Positions 13,430 through 24,880 of a DNA stretch of 64,000 nucleotides are shown here, piece after piece (the first letter of the stretch is position 1; every line of letters starts with the position of its first letter). The DNA comes from Trypanosoma brucei (taxonomy: Eukaryota). The notes under the pieces are model-generated. The model worked only from the letters and a program-made list of their open reading frames with translations. It made no database searches and was not told where the DNA came from. The translations under genes and the position numbers were made by a program. The stretch is taken from contig CH464491.1 of NCBI GenBank assembly GCA_000002445.1, positions 4,512,001 through 4,576,000 of the forward strand, in the 5' to 3' direction.

Positions 13430-13920
13430 TAAGGATAAGGATGGGCACCAAAAAACGTTGTATTGCTAAACAAATTAAAAATATATTGTAAATAAACAAT
13501 AAAAAAGAAATTAAATAAAAAGAAATCCAAAAATTTTAAATAGTTAAAAAAACTAAGCACCACTGCAGAACTGTGGTCAAATAAGGGTTAGGGCGAGCAC
13601 CAAAAATGTTCTGCTGTATTACATAAAAAAATTAAAGTCGCGACGTTTCCCGACTGGTAAAAAAAAAACTTATTAGTAATGGGAGAAATAACCCTAACCC
13701 TAACACGCTCTAGAATTAGTTTCTTTTTTATATTTGACCGCAACTTCTGCTCTCTGCAGAGACAATCTCAAAAACCGAAAAAAAACGAAGGTAAGGAATT
13801 TTTTAAAATGCGCGAGATTTTATAAAATTCGCCAAAAGACACAAAAAAATAGAAAATCGATTAAAATATTGAAAAATCCTAACCCTTAAGCCTTTTTTTC
13901 TAAAAACCCAACCCTAAAAG
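13430..13920. repeat. Interstitial telomere-like tract: two copies of a ~150-bp unit plus degenerate TTAGGG/CCCTAA hexamers in both orientations
   Basis: GGGTTAGGG at 13585-13593 and TAACCCTAACCCTAAC at 13689-13704. Degenerate copies sit at ~13877-13887 (cctaaccctta) and ~13907-13918 (cccaaccctaaaa). The units ataagg(a/g)t..ggc..caccaaaaa.gtt recur at ~13430 and ~13580. Confidence 0.6.
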
Positions 13921-14029
13921 TTCAAAAAAATCAACAAAAAAGGAGAAAAATTTTAGCTGCCGGAAAAAACTTACAGAGTCACAATTTTACAAAACCACAC
14001 TATTCCAGAGAACTTAAAGGTGTAAAAAT

Positions 14030-14045
14030 ATATCAGAGTAGCAAG
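14030..14045 (-). promoter_or_regulatory. VSG 3'UTR 16-mer variant (TGATATATTTTTACAC, 15/16)
   Basis: The plus strand reads gtgtaaaaatatatca, directly downstream of the VSG E stop. Confidence 0.55.
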
Positions 14046-14076
14046 AAATTTTTTAAAAAGAGGGAATAAAAATCTT

Positions 14077-15850
14077 TTAAAACAGAAAAACCACAAAGGC
14101 AGCAGCCATGAGAGCGAATTTATTATTTACAAGACAACAGGAATCCTTGCAAGTATTATTTTCCCATTTGCAGCCATCTTTCTCTCCTGTTTCTTGTTTT
14201 GCTTCTTTTCCTGCTTCCTTTTTTGCATTCTCGCCCAATGTGCATTTTCGGCTATTCCTTCCATCCTCTTTAAATATGCACCCCTTACCCTCAAGGTTTT
14301 TGCATTTATTTTGGTCATCTCCTGCTGCACTGCATTCTTTTTCGGCTTCTTGTTGTTTTAGTTTACTTGTGTCCCCCGTTTTTTTCGGTGACTTTGCTGT
14401 ACCGTCCGCGACTGCCGCTGACAGTGCTGTTAGGTGAAGATTCGATTCCAATGTTTCTTTGAATGTTTCTATTCTGGCTTCGGCAGCTACTGTAGCTTGT
14501 GCTTCTTTTTCGTATTTCTCAGCTGCTCCTGCTGCATTTTGGAGCTCTGCTAACCACGTCGGGAATGCTATTGTATTCGCGCCGCTTGTTAATGTTGCGC
14601 AGTCGCCTTTTCCTCCTGTGGCGTCGCCGTCGCAGTTACCTGCACCGGCGTTCGAGTCCGGGTGCCCTATATATCCGATTGTGCCATCGTTTCCTTTGGG
14701 TTCGTATATCAAGCTGTTTAGCTTGTTCGTCAGGTGTCTGAGTTCCTGCGCTGTCGCTGTTTGATGTGGTGCCGCTTCGCTTTTGCAGTTCTTTGCTATG
14801 ACGTCCCAGGCTGTGATAGCTGTGTTTTCGTTCCAGTCTGCTTGCGCGGTTGTTGCGGTCTTGTAGCATGCGGTGTTAGCGTTGTCGGATTTGCTTCCTG
14901 ACGCACACAGACAAGCTATAGTAATGCCGATCGAAAGTTTGGCTGAAGTCCCGCCCGTCGCTTTTGTTCCGCAGTGCGCCTGGCTGTCGCTTCCTGTGCC
15001 TAGTAGTTTCGGTTCTGGGTCTGTCCCTTCACCGCCTTACACTGCCTTTTTTAGGGCTGTAGCTATTTTCTGTTTTTTTGGCTGCAATGCTGCCCGCATC
15101 GAGTAGCTTCGCCTTTGTTGCTAGCAACTTGTTTAGAGTTGTGTTTAAGTTCCGGCTTAGCTGCGTTGGGTCTGTGGCTGCTCTTTTGAGTGCCGTTTGG
15201 CCTGCAGACGGCAAGCTCTTGAGGTAAGTGGATGCCGCTATACATTCTGCGCGACCGCTTCCACGGCACTTTTCCGTTATGTCGGTGTCCGGTGGTTGTT
15301 TCGACTGTTGTTCGGGTGGTGTTACGGCAAGTTTTTTTATTGCCAAGTAGTCACTTAGAATCAAAGATATGTGAGCAGCGGTTTCGGCTGCATTCTTTGC
15401 GTTTTTTTCATGCCTGTGGTAGGTCTTTAATGTTTTCTGAAGAGACAACTGCGGTGCACAATATGCCAAAGTTTTTCCTGTTTAGACCTTTTGCTGGGCC
15501 GGTTGCGGAGGCCGGTCTGAGCGACGACTGCAAGAGCGCTGCCATCGATATGGCTAAAGCAACCGCCGATTTGGCTATATCTCCTGGTTTCATTTTGTCG
15601 TTTCCCGTTGATGTCGTGGATATCCTATTGCTGCGGGTTGCGTGCTGTTGTTGTGCTTCTTGGTAGTGGCTCCCCTTTGATTCTTGAAGGTTGTGAAGTT
15701 TTTGTAATGCCACTTTCAGGTTCTTGTTTGTCGGCTTGCAGATTACCTTTTCTGGCCTTGTGCCCAGTTGCGGCCCCGCTGCCGTCTTTTGTTATCCTTA
15801 GCTTTCCTTCTCCAAGAGGTGTCAGTGGCAAACTCTGTGTATCCGAATCC
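14077..15850 (-). pseudogene. VSG: VSG (E): intact C-domain with GPI signal, badly fragmented N-domain
   Basis: ORF 14077..14712 (-) ends ...DGCKWENNTCKDSCCLVNNKFALMAAAFVVFLF*. N-domain pieces lie in at least 4 frames (15029..15469, 15408..15713, 15625..15831, 14636..14869). No clean signal peptide is present. Confidence 0.65.
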
Positions 15851-16199
15851 TATACTGCTAGTTCCTTTTTATGGAGTAAAGAAAAACTTATTCAGGCATA
15901 TACAATATGAGATTTTATTCACATTTTCTTAGGTGAGTTTTTTAAAATATAGTATTTATGAACATCCTGACACCATTTTTAATAAAAATGTGTTTTCGAC
16001 TTCACATAGCATAACAAATGATATTTAAGGTAAATAATTTTGTATCAACGGAGACAAGTGACTCACACATTAGGAAATGTAAATTATCACTATAAATAAT
16101 TTTGTTTTTCATATTTTCACCTTGAGTAAAGGTTTATGTTGGCATAAAAACCTACGGCCACCATGACCTAAATTTTTTTACAGAAAGATGTTACATACT

Positions 16200-16216
16200 T
16201 ATTCCAATCTATAGAA

Positions 16217-16256
<40 letters not shown>
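16200..16256. repeat. (CT)n(AT)n compound microsatellite
   Basis: ctctctctctctctctctctatatatatatatatat. Confidence 0.9.
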
Positions 16257-16257
<1 letters not shown>

Positions 16258-16699
16258 GCATCCACATACCTCCTCAGATTTGATTCTGTAATTATTACAA
16301 AAATATCACACATATCTTGTGCTTGAAAAATCATGTTGTATGGCTTCTAATCTGCTATATCTGTTGCTGAATACTTTCCTGTATACTCCTTGTTAGTAAC
16401 AACGTAAAGTCTTTGTTTGGCCAGTATACGAGGTGCTGTTCCTGATTCCTTCAAAAAATTGTATTCTGTTTTGTTTCTTTCGCTCACGATTTTTCAATTT
16501 GTAGTTTTCTGGAACTTCCTCTGTGCCCTGCTCTGGTGGTTAAGTAGAGTGCTCGTCGCAGATAGTAAAAGGGTCGATCCCCGTGGGCGGAAAGTGTTTA
16601 GCCTACGCTAAGGATGGATATGCCTCAACGTGGCGCTAGGGTTCAGGAACAGAAAAGAAATAAACTGGGAAGTCAAATGTTCCATCCAAACGGCGGCCG

Positions 16700-17108
16700 C
16701 AACACCGGATATGGAGCGACCGCTCCGTGGGGAGAGAACCATTACTTAGTGTTCCACCACGGTTCAGCACCCTGCTCAAGTGGGGGAACCAAAATCCCTG
16801 ACTTAACCTCCGTCCGGAGAGGAAGATGGATATGGTAAACATGGTTCAGACGCAAAGGAGGAGAGTATGGAATCGAACGGGCACCAAATGGAGAACGCTA
16901 CCCTAAACACGCGCACATGCAGTCGCCCACCGGTGGGTATCAATTCTATGAAAAACAGCGGGTTTTAGTGGGTAGGAACGCCGGTACAGCGTTGAGGCCC
17001 ACACTACCATGCCCTCGTGGTGTGGTGTGCGTAAATGCATTTCCTCCTACCCTCGTGTGGACTGACTGCATGGTCCCGACAGTTGCTCGAGAGAAAATCA
17101 AAAAAAAT
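16700..17108 (+). mobile_element. RIME/DIRE-like degenerate retroposon fragment (~0.4 kb)
   Basis: The 5' end (ggcggccgcaacaccggatatgg...ccgtggggagagaacc...cagcaccctgctcaagtgggggaaccaaaatccctgac) aligns loosely with the 5' end of the ingi at 35866 (gccggccacctcaacgtggtgccagg...cagtaccccgtatcatctggggaagccaag). It ends in an A-run (gagaaaatcaaaaaaaatg, ~17095-17108). It is GC-richer than its surroundings. Confidence 0.35.
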
Positions 17109-17384
17109 GTCTTATGTTTTTGCTACACTTGGAGAACTGCATACCCGTAAAGCTGACACTCAAGTATTACAACTCCTTTGTTTCTAAAAATTAACTTCTA
17201 CACAAGCATTACCACAAAACACTACATAATAAAAATTCCATTTCCAGCTACCAAACGCTTATGTTTTAAGTTCCCCCAAATTGTTACCGTAAATTGTTTT
17301 CTTTCCAAGTATTCATACCAACTAATATTTTTAACAATCAATTTAACTTTATCTTCTCAAGAAATAGTCTGTCCTGGTAAATGA

Positions 17385-18135
17385 ATAAACGAAGCCTTTA
17401 CAGTCACCCAACTATTGGGAATAGTAAAAAATATCTCCTCATAATTTAATCCAATCATTCCTCTCCTCAAAACAAATCTCTATCCAACAGCTTCTTCCAA
17501 CACAGCACTACATATTAGCAACGGTTTGTAAATACTCTGCTCTGACTACCATTCACCACTTCCCTTTAGTAACTCTCCAAATGCATATTCAAACCTTTTA
17601 AATGCCCAAACTCTTGCGATTATATTTCCACCACTAAGATAAGGTTTTCCACTTGGAGTTGATTTCAGTAAATGAGGTAACTCTTTATTCTCTTCTTTCC
17701 TGTCAGCCACATTAAAAAACCAAAAACATCTCTGCACATGCTCCTTATGTTCTGAGTTCATAAGCAAATCCAACTGAGAAACATAACACTCTGATGTTGT
17801 CATGAATATAATAGGGGAAATATGCTTCTCTTTTACTATATCTTCTTAACTAAACTTATCTTCCATCCCTGCAGTATTTTGAATAAAATACTTCACAGCA
17901 TTTCCATATTTTTCACGGTTGGATATTATAACATCACACTTATCAACAGTTATTACAATATCCTCATAACTTGCATTCTGTCTTTCCAAAAACTCCATAA
18001 CCCATCTAGGTCTTTTAACATGGCTATATAAACCTCCCATCGCAATTGTAATAATTTCAACATGGCTTAGTTTCGCAGTAAATATGAGCCTATACTATCC
18101 TTGAGTTGCATGAGTTTTAACTACAACAACGAACA
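17385..18135 (-). pseudogene. GT31-like subtelomeric pseudogene, copy 2 of 4
   Basis: ORFs 17546..17803 and 17846..18040 (-) are paralogous to copy 1 (GGLYSHVKRPRWVMEFLERQNAS..., ...KPYLSGGNIIARVWAFKRFEYAFGELLKG). Flanking nucleotide stretches are identical to copy 1 (ttaactaaacttatcttccatccctgcagtattttg). Confidence 0.45.
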
Positions 18136-18284
18136 CTCTTGGTTTCTTAGTATAATTCACTGACACTTTGTTTATGTTTTTCATCATCTTGATGAGATGC
18201 AGCGCTTAAACCACACTAATAGTAAAACAACAGTATAAGTGTATAAATATCATATTTCCTATTCTAATCTACTTTAAAACATTG

Positions 18285-18345
18285 AGTCTGTTGTGAGTTT
18301 GTGTATACGAATATTATAGCAATAGTGTTTGTGATGAAAACCGAA
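18285..18345 (+). repeat. 70-bp repeat element, degenerate (plus orientation)
   Basis: ctgttgtgagtttgtgtatacgaatattatagcaatagtg. Confidence 0.45.
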
Positions 18346-19189
18346 TTGGGGAAAAGTAGAAGCATTAAAAATAATGGTAAGGGTGATATAAGAGTAAGTG
18401 ATGGAGGAAAAGAAAAGAAATGTGCTAAGGATATTATTAAAGCAAAAGCATAAAGATAAAGAGGGATGGAGTGAGATTGTATACAAGCAGTTTCGAACAG
18501 TAACTTAATGACAGTGGTTCTTAATACAAGGAGATGAAGGAAGGAATATTGAAAGGAAGACAAAGTTTGGTTTACAAGCCAAATTTTGTCACTAGGTGAT
18601 ACGCAACAACACAGCGCAGAAAAAGGAAAGTGATACATTAGAATGAATCACTGATTATTCCTCAAATTTCACGTTGAAATGAATATAAGCCACCGCATAT
18701 ATGATTTTATTCACTTAAAATGTTAATATTCTGGAGAAATAATGTTTAGCTTCACTGAGGTAAGTGTCTGACGATGAAGAAACGTTGATTTTCACTTGAA
18801 GATAACCAGTAATAGAGAAAATGTATGATACATAGGAACCCAAAAGGTCGGTTAGAATTTTGCAACCAGCTCGACCTCACAAAACAGCCTGCGGCAAGGA
18901 GCCAATCAATAATAGGTCGAATTTCACGAAGTGAGGGCAGAAGCAGCATGCGTAAACCTAGGTAATGGACCTAAAAAACAAAGAGTGCAACTGCAAAAAC
19001 TGAGCTGGTGCCAGAGAAGACAACAAACATCTAACAACTAACATAAGAAGAGGTGGCGCACTAGTCATGTCCACTCTGAATGTGTCAACCACTGCATACT
19101 TAGGCATAAGTCACCTTTTCTAAGCCAAACACAGCTCCTTGTTTACTTTCCAACTCCAGAAATAACACAGCAAGGAGCACTGGAAAAAT

Positions 19190-20573
19190 ATGACACTATC
19201 ATGGATACTACTAGCGACTGTAGTGGCGATGCTACCAATCTGGACTATAACAGTGGAGACGGCTGCAGGACAAGGTCTAAAAGACACCTCTTGTAGCCTC
19301 TCTGTCAACTACCCAAACAAAGACTTGGACACTATAAGCAAAAAAGCGACACTCAAACTGAAAACAGCTGTACTTGACACCGACGCCATGATAAAGCTGA
19401 AACTTCAAACGGAAATTTATCTAGCCAAGCTGCCCAACAAACAAGACACGCGCCCATGGGCCGCTCTTGAAGCGGCCCTTGAAAGGGAAATAGGAGGCGT
19501 CTTAACAGCACTTCCAGGTACAGCAAAAGCAGCAATCAAAGCAACACAGCGCGCAGCTCACCTGCAAGAACGCTTAGCCGAATTTCTGTCAATCTTCGCA
19601 AACGCAGCCAAATCCGGCGTGCCGCAACATTGCTGCCTCTCAACAGGTTCAAACCATCAAACAGCAGTTGAAGGTATCACAGGCCTAAAAGGCTGCGTCC
19701 ACAAACCTGGAAATAGCAGCGCCGTTCCGGAAGCGGTGACGACAATCACGGCAGCAACGTACAAAGACATACCGACTCAAACAGCTGACGGGAGAGATGC
19801 GATAGCTGCGGCGTCCAACCTAAACTGCAGCATAGCACTGGGGACAGAAGATGGATCTCTGGGAGCCGGCATACCTAAAAACGGAAACAACAGCAAGAGC
19901 CACGAGCCTTTCACTGCAGCTTATCTCAAGGTAGCCGCCAATGCAATAACAGCAGTTAACCCCAACAACAGCAGCAAGCTACGCTAAGCCAAGTGAATTC
20001 ATGGTAATTTAGGTAGCAGAACTCAAAAAGCAGTGAGTTTACTGCTTCAATCCAAAGCCGAACACGACGACCACACAGAAAAGTTGGTAAAAGACAAATA
20101 AAAAAGAGGAACGAAATTCGAAACAGATTTCTGGGGCAAGGTGCTAAACGAGCAGGTAACAAAGCAAACGGCAGACGGACAAAGCAACCGCATGCTAGGA
20201 CAGATGAACGACATCACTGAGCTGCAACTTACTCTAACGTATTATGAGAGCCTTAACGGCGCGGAACATAAAGATAATTAAGGAGCTGCAGGAAGAAAGC
20301 AAAGCAAATAAAGAAAGTTCAGCAACCACAAAGATTAGTGAAACAGATGAAACTTGCGCGACCAAAGGAGTAGATAATGTGAAAACCCCTGCAAGTTGGT
20401 TGACGAAGAAGGTGGAAAAAAGAAGTGCAAATTGGATAAAGAAGCGGCAAAACAAGCAGCCCAGGCAAGAGAGAAAGATAGTAAAACCGGACCCACAAAC
20501 ACCACAGGAAGCAATTCTTTTGTCATCAACAAGGCCCCTCTTTTGCTTGTATTTTTGATTCTAGCATAAAACT
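19190..20573 (+). pseudogene. VSG: VSG (F): 265-aa N-domain ORF ending in a premature stop; C-domain split over 3 frames
   Basis: ORF 19190..19987 has a signal peptide (MTLSWILLATVVAMLPIWT). C-domain and GPI signal (…GSNSFVINKAPLLLVFLILA*) are recoverable only by frame-hopping between 20000 and 20573. Confidence 0.7.
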
Positions 20574-20647
20574 TTTAAAAATTATTGGTAAAGGATTTTT
20601 TGCTAAATTTTAATAAATATATTAAATTAGTTTTTTTTGAGGGAATT

Positions 20648-20663
20648 AGATATATTTTAACAC
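20648..20663 (+). promoter_or_regulatory. VSG 3'UTR 16-mer (AGATATATTTTAACAC, 15/16)
   Basis: The sequence agatatattttaacac lies ~80 nt after the VSG F stop. Confidence 0.65.
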
Positions 20664-20867
20664 TTTTTGATGAAAATGTGAAAATTAGTGAGAATTTTCG
20701 AAACTTGAAAATTATGAAAATTTTAGTAAAATGTGTATGACAGTGTCCCAGGTGTGTGAAGGTAAAGAAATATAAGGAATGAAGAATGAATACTATTCTC
20801 ATTGGATTATTTTGTTTATTTTTTGTGTTTTATGGATGTTTGTTAGGCTTTAATAACGATAACTACA

Positions 20868-20915
20868 AGATAGTATTGTGAGTGTGTATATACTAATATT
20901 ATGGGAACTATGGTG
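20868..20915 (+). repeat. 70-bp repeat element (plus orientation)
   Basis: gatagtattgtgagtgtgtatatactaatattatgggaac. Confidence 0.5.
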
Positions 20916-22043
20916 CTGAAGACAGATGGACGGGCTAAGTGCAAGCATCTATATCAGTTACAGAGCGCAATGTAAGTAAGTAATTGAGTAACAAAGAATG
21001 GAGAAGAGAAAAGGATAAAAATGTTAGAAAAGAAAACAAAAAGTGTTAGAAGGATTTGATGCACTGTTTAGTAAAAGTCTATAGGACGATATCATCATAC
21101 GGGGAAATGGTTAAGAACAATGAGACAAGAAGTCTACTAACCGATATAAATAGAAATACTTCGGAATTCACAGCAGTAATAGGTACAAAAGCCGCTGTCG
21201 AAAGAATAGGTAAAAGAAGTAACTAAATGATAAGAAACCGCGGATGGACGCGCAAAGAAGAATTTTTTTAGTACAGAACGTTTCAAATGACAATCAACCT
21301 CTCTCTTACTGTCTCAATAAAAAACTGTTGAACCCATTTAGAAAGCGAGCAATTCATAAACGTATACACACTAACACGGTATTGATGGAACTTGTCAAAC
21401 ACATTCACAGTGAAAAATGTATTTGGGACCGCAAATGAGCAATGAGAGACGAAAGAGACAGACATTTACATGATAACAACAAAGATAAGTTGAAGCTGTG
21501 AGTATGGCAGAAACGCTGGCTTAATATTGTTATTGAATAAGTACACACACAACAGAAGTTAACCTCTAATAGAAGCACAAAGATACAATAATAAATATAA
21601 AATTTTTTGATGGAGATTAGACTTCTATAAATTATATCTTTAAGTAGATAATTCTTTTACTTGACTGAGTGATTTTTAAGCAACAATAGCTGACTGGAAA
21701 ACGGCACTCATACAAAACTTTTGTACGCCCCCTCAGACATGAAGAAATATTTATAGCCTTGTATTTTTTAGCAGTTTGTTACTTTCCACTTTCACTGGTA
21801 TTATAACGCGACACATCAAATGATTCATTTAAAAATAACACTCATTATTATTTTTGGCAGGAAAACCTAAGTAAAAAAGCAAACATTGGATAGAGAATTA
21901 AGGGATCTGTGTTTGATTTTCAAACTTATTACTAAGTCCGCTGCTTGGCCCAAAATGCATACCCAAACCGGCATACAGACTGCAAGGACATACTTTTATT
22001 TAAGAACCACATTTTAACGGTAAGGACCAAAGAAGCTCTTTCA

Positions 22044-23560
22044 TGGATGTAAGGAAAAGCAGGATCTTAACGCTCTTAGTAACGCTCTTAGTAACGCTGG
22101 CGCTTTTAAATGACGCCCTCAAAGCCTTAGAAAATGTAGCGGAAGACAGCAACCAGCCAGAACGACAGGCTTTGTGCTCTATAATAGAGCTCGGTGGCGA
22201 AAGATCAAAACTTCTAGACTAGGCACCAGGAGGAACTTCAGACTTGGATGAGTTGCTATCAATCAACATGAAGCTCGCGGAAGACACAAGGCTGCAACAC
22301 TTCAGGGACGCAACCGACCCGACTAAGCCACGAGACACAACCAAACAAGCGCTACCCCCGAATACGAATTGGAATGAACGCTGGCCGGACTGGCAAAAAG
22401 CCGCTAACCCTCTGTTGGAAAAAGGCGAAATCACGGAAAAACTTAAACACTTTACTAGACAAGTTAAATGATAAACAAAAACATGCCGTCCGACTCCACA
22501 TATTCAAACTAGCGGAAGAAGCGTCCAGGGAGGCCAAGCAAGCAGAACAAGAACATCCAGCAGGCGACTTCCTAACAGAAGACGACCTACACAAAGAGCT
22601 AAACAAAGCAATTTACGGTGAAGAAACAGAACCTGCTGACGATTTCAGCAATTGTAAAACGTTTGGCGACAGCCCTGCCAGTGACAGACAAGCGAACTGC
22701 GGCAGTGCCAGCGTAGCAGGCAAAACCAACACGGCATTCGCAGCATTCGTCTGCGTATGCGCCAAAGACAACACCAACGGTGGAAACGAGGGAAAAGCCT
22801 GTGCAGGTTCTGTAACTCTGAGCAGCACCTGGAATCCGGGCACCAACAATAACCCATCACCCGCAACGTTAGCAGAATTAAGAAAGCTATGCAATATAAA
22901 GGCTGAAACACAGCTAACAGTAGCAGATCTTCAAAGAAGGATCGCAGATGTAACTGGATTACTCCGCTACACAACCCAAGCAACGCACCTCGGCACTTTC
23001 CTGACTACAGCCTGCAGCGGCGCCGCAGCCAGAGGAGTGTGTGTCACATACAAGGGCATCCACGGCCACGCTGCGGACCCTAAGAAGGCAATAAACTGGC
23101 TAGCTGAACTAGATGCCACGGCGAAAAAAATACACAAACACGAACAGGCGGTCTAAGCTAGGAATAGGCTAGCTCAGCTACTAGCAGTAAAAAAGCAGCT
23201 TGCTACGGACGTAGACTACCTAACAAGAACAATAGAAACACCGCAGCGACGCCCCGGACTGCAACAGCAAGCGGAAGAACAAAAAAACAAAAACCAAGCA
23301 AGAGCACAATCAATCTGCGACGAACACAAAAAAAGTAAAACTAAATGCGAAAATACAGGTAAATGCAAATGAAAAGGAGAGGATGAGACCAAAGGGGAAT
23401 GCAAATCTAAAGAGGGGAAGGGCAGAAAAGCTAAGGAACAGAGGGAGCTGTGGGAACAGTCGCTAGAGTAAAATGCAAAGTAAAAGTGGAGAAAGATTGC
23501 AAATATCTGGATTTTCAACAGTAAGGAACAGAGTGAAAATATTCCAGTTTTCTCGTCAAT
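22044..23560 (+). pseudogene. VSG: VSG (G), paralogue of VSG H; in-frame stops and frameshifts
   Basis: The ATG at ~22044 encodes MDVRKSRILTLLVTLLVTLALLN...ERSKLLD* (stop TAG at ~22218, where the paralogue has CAG). ORFs 22244..22471 and 22374..23156 continue the N-domain (…FAAFVCVCAKDNT…). The C-domain runs 23160-23560. Confidence 0.7.
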
Positions 23561-23655
23561 AAAAAATTGGCTGTTATGGCTGCTACTTTTATGAGTTTAG
23601 TCGAATTCTAGGATCCAAAGGATATTTGCTTAGTATAATGAAAAATAAGAAATTT

Positions 23656-24780
23656 CCCTGGTGACGCTGGCCACATCATCGTAATGTCAGTGTCTAGTAT
23701 TTCGTCCAGAAGGAATTCAATAGCCCGCATTATACACGATCCAAAAGGGTTGAGGCTGGAAACAGGTTTTCAGCCACCAGAGAAGAAGCAAGAAGCAACA
23801 TCGGCACTCTGTGGTAAATGAGGTTTTACGAATTCTTCCCTGCACGTGCAAACGTGCCTCGATTGGGATAAATAGGCTTCCACTACTACTTAGCAGAGAT
23901 GTTGAGTGTAATCCTGCTCCCCAGATACATGGAACCCAATATAACACTGTGGAGGTACCTCAGAAAAACGACTTGCCTTAGAGAAGAAGCTCCACGAGGA
24001 TATGGTAGTCTTCTGTTTATTGCGGGAGACACACTTGGCAGCAGAAGAGTACTGCATATTAAAAGCAGCGGATACCAACATATGTGGATGTCACGTTCTC
24101 TACATGGTGGTATGGTATCAATTCTAGTCAAATATGGGATGGGAGTGGAACTGGGTCCAAAGCTGGAGGGTCTGCCGGAAAGAGTCTCGGTAACACTGAT
24201 GTTTTTAGCTGATTTAATGTTAACTATAAAATCATTTTACTTCCAACGGAAGAAAAATGTCACTACCTACGCTTGAGTGTCTTGAGAGATCGACTTTACC
24301 AATATTAATAAGATCTGATACAAAAACTCATCATGATTTACGGGATCCGTTATGCTCAAATGATACTGTAAGAGAAGTTTTGTGGACTAGTGTCTACGAA
24401 AAGATATCAAAATTGCAAATGATGGCACTACGAGGAAAAATATGCCTCTCACAGAAACCAGATCATCTCATGATGTTATAACGTACAGAGACTGCGAAGT
24501 CACAAGATGGAAGGCAAGCCTCATCCCAGAGAGTGACAACTAATGGAAAACGTTTGAGATATGTATTGGCATTGGTGTAGAAGTGATCGCCATTACAAAG
24601 CCAATAAGGGTGTTGTATGCTTGGAGTATAGCAAACTAGTTGGAGTTTAGAAAAGTGTGTGGTGTAATAATGGTGAAAAAATTAAGGAAGTCTGGAAAGA
24701 ACGTGGATGCTATGAATGAGGCAGTGACAAAAGTAATTCGCACAGCAGCAAAGGAAACAATACAAAAATGTAAGGGAGTA
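23656..24780 (+). mobile_element. DIRE (degenerate ingi-related element), 5' part, internally deleted; truncated by the assembly gap
   Basis: The 5' end (ccctggtgacgctggccacatcatcgtaatgtcag) aligns to the ingi 5' end at 35866. A decayed 2A motif DVECNPAP sits at 23898-23921, where ingi has DVEENPGP. An APE block VFCLLRETHLAAEEY matches ingi AFCLLSETRMTPEEA. An RT-start block VKKLRKSGKNVDAMNEAV matches ingi IKLLPSGSAAGPDCLYNEAL. Confidence 0.6.
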
Positions 24781-24880
24781 NNNNNNNNNNNNNNNNNNNN
24801 NNNNNNNNNNNNNNNNNNNNNNNNNNNNNNNNNNNNNNNNNNNNNNNNNNNNNNNNNNNNNNNNNNNNNNNNNNNNNNNN
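24781..24880. other. Assembly gap (100 N)
   Basis: A run of n, of the conventional unknown-size gap length. Confidence 1.

Noticed and set aside
13305-13563. 97-aa minus-strand ORF (MVLSFFNYLKFLDFF…) adjacent to the orphan VSG C-domain fragment, considered as its missing N-domain
   Set aside because: It translates an A/T-rich, low-complexity spacer with no VSG N-domain character.
16540-16620. Possible tRNA (…tggtggttaagtagagtgctcgtcgcagatagtaaaagggtcgatccccgtgggcgg… has D-loop-like and T-loop-like strings)
   Set aside because: I could not fold a cloverleaf: no complementary acceptor or anticodon stems, and the T-loop is off-consensus. More likely it is part of the retroposon-like GC-rich island.
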